A DNA stretch of 33,381 bases, from NCBI RefSeq assembly GCF_004010195.1, contig NC_057758.1:3018616-3051996 (forward strand). Reading direction: 5' to 3'. Source of the DNA: Chiloscyllium plagiosum. Lineage: Eukaryota. Position 1 is the first letter of the stretch. Each line of letters starts with the position of its first letter. Position numbers and translations under genes: made by a program. Shown here in pieces: positions 33,204 to 33,381 of this stretch. The notes beneath the pieces were generated by a model, which had not been told where the DNA came from, made no database searches, and saw nothing but the letters and a program-made list of their open reading frames with translations.

Positions 33204-33381
33204 CGAGAAGAAAATGGGAGTGAGAGAGAGGGAGAGAGAAAGGATGGACCCAGCGGGAAACTGTGGGGGGAAGGGAGAGAGAGACTGGCGGAGAGAGATT
33301 GTGGGGAAAAGACAGAGTGGCGGTGGAGAGAGTGACTGGTAGAGGAGAGGGAGTGTGCAGAGAAGGGAGAGAGTTGTGAAG
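33204..33381 (+). repeat. GA-rich low-complexity tract
   Basis: Purine-rich, degenerate (GA)n sequence to the window end. Confidence 0.8.

Overview
Repeat-dense vertebrate DNA, almost certainly from a shark or ray, judged from HE1- and SacSINE1-type SINEs, shark-type CR1 LINEs and a GPR139-like receptor. All family names are recognised from memory; no database search was run. The window holds one apparently intact host gene, a two-exon class A GPCR of the GPR139/GPR142-like type (exon 1 1860-1929, exon 2 4137-5056, 329 aa). The ORF track mis-starts it inside the intron. A defective class I endogenous retrovirus (10061-17316) has gag-pro-pol-env, a PPT and a 3' LTR, but its 5' LTR is missing. 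Its gag/pol resemble HERV-I-type viruses. It sits inside a CR1 that also carries a Penelope and a younger CR1 insertion. The most interesting signal is a set of Penelope pseudo-LTR (pLTR) insertions from at least three sequence families, carrying minimal hammerhead ribozyme motifs with an invariant core and covarying stems. Two of them are bounded by target-site duplications (TSDs) and enclose foreign cargo. One carries an inverted 111-bp copy of the same provirus's integrase region from about 0.9 kb downstream. The other carries an open-frame CR1 ORF2 fragment. A similar local copy, 103 bp of the GPCR coding sequence, lies at the 5' junction of a CR1. One CR1 keeps its 5' UTR, which is built from tandem units that each look like a splice donor-to-acceptor mini-intron. 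Two N gaps (18824-18893 and 24292-24451) limit interpretation.
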